In this document: piece by piece, positions 61,087-64,000 of the stretch
Position numbering within the stretch: position 1 is the stretch's first letter
How the letters are laid out: each line of letters starts with the position of its first letter
Assembly: GCA_030603365.1 (NCBI GenBank)
Contig: JAUVXV010000014.1
Span: 32,001-96,000 of the forward strand
Reading direction: 5' to 3'
Length of the DNA stretch: 64,000 nt
DNA from: Candidatus Heimdallarchaeota archaeon
GTDB lineage: Archaea > Asgardarchaeota > Heimdallarchaeia > Heimdallarchaeales > Heimdallarchaeaceae
The notes under the pieces: model-generated
What the model saw: the letters and a program-made list of their open reading frames with translations, nothing else
Told to the model about the DNA's origin: nothing
The model's database searches: none
Position numbers and translations under genes: made by a program

Positions 61087-61344
61087 TCATTCAGGCCATC
61101 TTCTCTGTTCTAAATCATTTTCGCACTTTCTACAAATATTGTTTTTAAATTGAGAATAACCAAATTTGTCAGCTTCATTTACAGCTTTGATAGCTTGAGT
61201 GCAAATATAATCAAAATTACAAGCTGGGCAATGATAATAAGAGGTGGATTTCTTTATTGCAGGAGATATCATTTGTCTTGGACAAGTTGCAGATTTGATT
61301 GCTTTAGAACAGTCGCATACTAGATGATTGCCTAGGATAGTCAC
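61087..61344 (-). CDS. Small Cys-rich putative metal-binding protein
   Basis: CDC, CPAC, CRKC; 8 Cys in 85 aa. Confidence 0.55.
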   Translation of the reverse strand: MTILGNHLVCDCSKAIKSATCPRQMISPAIKKSTSYYHCPACNFDYICTQAIKAVNEADKFGYSQFKNNICRKCENDLEQRRWPE

Positions 61345-61416
61345 AAGCCATCAAATAAGCAAGTTAATTTAAAATTTTACGTATGTAAAAAAAAAGAAAG
61401 AAAAAGTTGTATCAAT

Positions 61417-61884
61417 TTAGGGTATATCTATAGCTATTGGAGGTATTTCCATTGCTAAGAAATTAAGTGGAATTCCAATATAAATTGGAGTTGCTAGAGC
61501 TTCTACTGTAAATGAGATAGTACCTCCTCCTGCAATAATTATAGCGTCTGCAGTTTCGATTATTACCGTGAATTCGATTGTTTGGTTACTACCTAACGGA
61601 ACTGTAACCTGTATCGGATCTCCGTATTCTACTGACCCTTTCTTTATTATAATATCGAGACGAACTGATTTCGGCATATACCCCAATTTAGGTGTTACTA
61701 AAGTAGCTGATACAACAGCGGATTCATTATTACTTGCTAAAACATAGGTCATGTCTACTACATCAAAAGCATCAGGATTTTCATTGAATGCTTTATAGCT
61801 GAGATAAACATCTACACCTATGATAGCACCACCTGCCAGAACGACAAACAGTATTGATAAAAATATGGCTATACCTTTTCCCAT
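61417..61884 (-). CDS. Membrane-anchored beta-rich hypothetical protein (paralogue A)
   Basis: GGAIIGVDVYLSY, LGYMPKS, ATPIYIGIP; start likely 61884. Confidence 0.7.
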   Translation of the reverse strand: MGKGIAIFLSILFVVLAGGAIIGVDVYLSYKAFNENPDAFDVVDMTYVLASNNESAVVSATLVTPKLGYMPKSVRLDIIIKKGSVEYGDPIQVTVPLGSNQTIEFTVIIETADAIIIAGGGTISFTVEALATPIYIGIPLNFLAMEIPPIAIDIP

Positions 61885-61949
61885 GAAGCCTAAAGGACAA
61901 TCCACCGTTATAAATGTTTGCAGATTACTAGAATTGATTCCAAGTTTAT

Positions 61950-62426
61950 TCATTGGATTATTAGAAAAAACTCATCAAATTCTTGTGTTAAAGATGCTAT
62001 TGGTATTCCTAAATAAACTGGAGTAGCTGTAACTTGAATATTAAAGTGCAAACTCATCCCAACTTTCAGTCTGTCAACGTCTATTTGGCTAATGGTTACA
62101 GTGAAATCTACACGAACTGTTTCTCCAATTTTAATTCTAAAACTAATTGGATCACAATACTGAGCAGAATTTTGCATAACTATGACTTCGACATCTGCAG
62201 ATTTAGGTATATATCCTAATGGGGGAGTATAAACAAATACAGTTATTTCTGCTGATAAATTGCTTTCAGATAGAACATATGTTGGCTCGGAAATATCAAA
62301 AGCATCTTCATTCGCCTGGTAATCTTGGTAACTCATGTAAACATCTATACCAATAATCGCTCCTCCAGTAAGTAAAAGACCAAGTATTGATAAAGTAATT
62401 ATTATTGCTTTTCGCATACCTAGCAA
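61950..62426 (-). CDS. Membrane-anchored beta-rich hypothetical protein (paralogue B)
   Basis: GGAIIGIDVYMSY, LGYIPKS, ATPVYLGIP. Confidence 0.7.
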   Translation of the reverse strand: MLGMRKAIIITLSILGLLLTGGAIIGIDVYMSYQDYQANEDAFDISEPTYVLSESNLSAEITVFVYTPPLGYIPKSADVEVIVMQNSAQYCDPISFRIKIGETVRVDFTVTISQIDVDRLKVGMSLHFNIQVTATPVYLGIPIASLTQEFDEFFLIIQ

Positions 62427-62551
62427 GATAAAACTGTTAATATAAGTATTTTGGAGAAAACCAAGAATGCCACTAAACTATGGAGAGGAGTAAGTGTAAT
62501 CAATAGTTTTCTACGAAATTTTAAATAAAACCAAAGTAACAATTGTAATTT

Positions 62552-63430
62552 ATGAGCTACAAGTTTGGGATAATTACTGATTCTGGAGCAGATTTCAGCC
62601 CAGAGTATCAAAAGGAGCATGATTTGATTCTCATACCAACAAGAATCATCGTAAATGGAGAGGAATTCATTGATAGAGAAAATATCTTCAGAGAAGACAT
62701 TATTCACAAGATGAAGAATGAAAAAGCTAAGACATCAACTTCAGTTGCACCACCTATAGAATTTAACAATATCATCAGTAAAGCTTTAGATAAATATGAT
62801 AAGTTATTATATATTGCAATAAGCTCAAAAATGTCTGCTACATTTCAGAATGCAGTTTTAACTGCAAAAAGATTGAAAACTGATAATTTTATAGCAATAG
62901 ATACAGAGTCAGTTTCAAGGGGAATGTCTTTACTTATTGATCATGCGATTATCCGAAGAAAGAAAGGTGTCTCTATTGAAGAGATAGTAGAAGAAATAGA
63001 GTTTATGAAAAATAATCTTGAGCTTTACTTCATAGTAGATACTTTAGAATATCTGCGAAGAGGAGGAAGAATAGGAGCAGCTAAAGGGCTTTTAGGGAAA
63101 CTAATAGGTGTTAAACCGATTCTAACAATTAAGGAAGGAGAGATTTCTCCTGTTGAATCTGTTAAAAGTTTGAAAGAAGGATTAGAGTTTTTCTATCATA
63201 TTTTGGAAGAGAAAACAAAAGAATTCAAAGATTATTCAATAACAATGATTTATGGTATAGAAACTCCAGAATTCAAGGAATTTGCATCTCAGATTAAGCA
63301 TGATTTCAAACCGATTAAATTCTATTATAGTCCAATTGGTGCTAACATCATAAGCCATGCTGGACCTGAACTCTTTGGATTTGGAATAATTAAGGTCCCT
63401 GAAAAAGCAATTGAATCATATGAGAAGTAA
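62552..63430 (+). CDS. DegV/FakB fatty-acid-binding protein
   Basis: ITDSGAD, TS, ISSKMSAT, LEYLRRGGRIG, KPIL, HAGP. Confidence 0.92.
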   Translation: MSYKFGIITDSGADFSPEYQKEHDLILIPTRIIVNGEEFIDRENIFREDIIHKMKNEKAKTSTSVAPPIEFNNIISKALDKYDKLLYIAISSKMSATFQNAVLTAKRLKTDNFIAIDTESVSRGMSLLIDHAIIRRKKGVSIEEIVEEIEFMKNNLELYFIVDTLEYLRRGGRIGAAKGLLGKLIGVKPILTIKEGEISPVESVKSLKEGLEFFYHILEEKTKEFKDYSITMIYGIETPEFKEFASQIKHDFKPIKFYYSPIGANIISHAGPELFGFGIIKVPEKAIESYEK

Positions 63431-63521
63431 TACAAATTATGAGGGAAGTTCTTCTCTCACATTAACTTTTGTCTTTGAAAGATACGAACTTCTTAAAAAT
63501 CATTAGAAGCATCTCATCAAG

Positions 63522-64000
63522 ATGTCAGATAAACAACCAAATTCAAATGTTTCAGTTATTCTTCAAAATTCAAGATTAGAGAAAATTCAGAGTCTAGTTC
63601 TAGAAGAATTGGAAGCAAAAAGAGATATTTCTAGAGATCAACCATTTAGTTGGAGTCTGAAGCATGTGATTTCATGTTCTCAAATATGTAAATTATTAGC
63701 TGCTGCTAGAGGACTAGATAGTGAAATTGCTGGTATTGCCGGAGCAATACATGATTTAGCAATTATACGAACTGGTAGGTTTGAGAAACATGGACCAGTA
63801 GGAGCTCCAATGGTAGCAGAATTTCTTCAGAATTATAATATTGAATTTGGGAATGAATGCGGTAATATTTCTCAAGAGCAAATAGATAAGATTGTTCAAG
63901 CTACACAAAATCACACATATAAGACTGAATTCACTGAAAATGAATTTGACGAACTGATAAAAGATGCAGACTCATTAGATAGGTTTCTACATGGAAAAGA
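63522..64000 (+). CDS. HD-domain phosphohydrolase, runs off the window end
   Basis: Manual translation: KH...AGAIHDLA...HGPVGA...NH...LIKDADSLD. Confidence 0.85.
   Translation, partial: MSDKQPNSNVSVILQNSRLEKIQSLVLEELEAKRDISRDQPFSWSLKHVISCSQICKLLAAARGLDSEIAGIAGAIHDLAIIRTGRFEKHGPVGAPMVAEFLQNYNIEFGNECGNISQEQIDKIVQATQNHTYKTEFTENEFDELIKDADSLDRFLHGK

Noticed and set aside
1-64000. CRISPR arrays, tRNA or rRNA genes, and the remaining short antisense ORFs in the track
   Set aside because: No regularly spaced repeats or GC-rich structured RNA genes were seen in intergenic gaps; the short ORFs lie within well-supported genes, mostly antisense.

Overview
AT-rich (roughly 30-33% GC by eye), gene-dense archaeal chromosomal segment. 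It most likely comes from an Asgard archaeon of the Heimdallarchaeia type (inference from a eukaryote-like actin homologue, a TPR-wHTH regulator, BRE/TATA promoters, AGGTGA Shine-Dalgarno sites and surface proteins with a C-terminal TM helix plus basic tail). The content is dominated by peptide and amino-acid scavenging: an Opp/Dpp ABC operon, S8/S9/S12/P1 peptidases, aminotransferases, MmsA and a KorA-type oxidoreductase. It also holds larE-larC-larB, a serC-like/serA/panE/DUF1015 cluster and scattered bacterial-type lipid genes (PlsY, an ACP-like protein lacking the Ppant serine, DAGK family, DegV). Highlights: (1) an Opp locus with two copies of a palindromic operator ATGTTTAG-N15-CTAAACAT just upstream of BRE/TATA, permeases with extra membrane domains, and a terminal TPR-wHTH regulator, together a candidate peptide-sensing circuit; (2) a Zn-ribbon-fused, catalytically degenerate actin; (3) a 4.2 kb island bounded by an 87-bp duplicated gene 3' end, with a hairpin-rich non-coding stretch inside. 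No rRNA, tRNA or CRISPR array was seen. All calls come from motif recognition by eye; no database searches were run.
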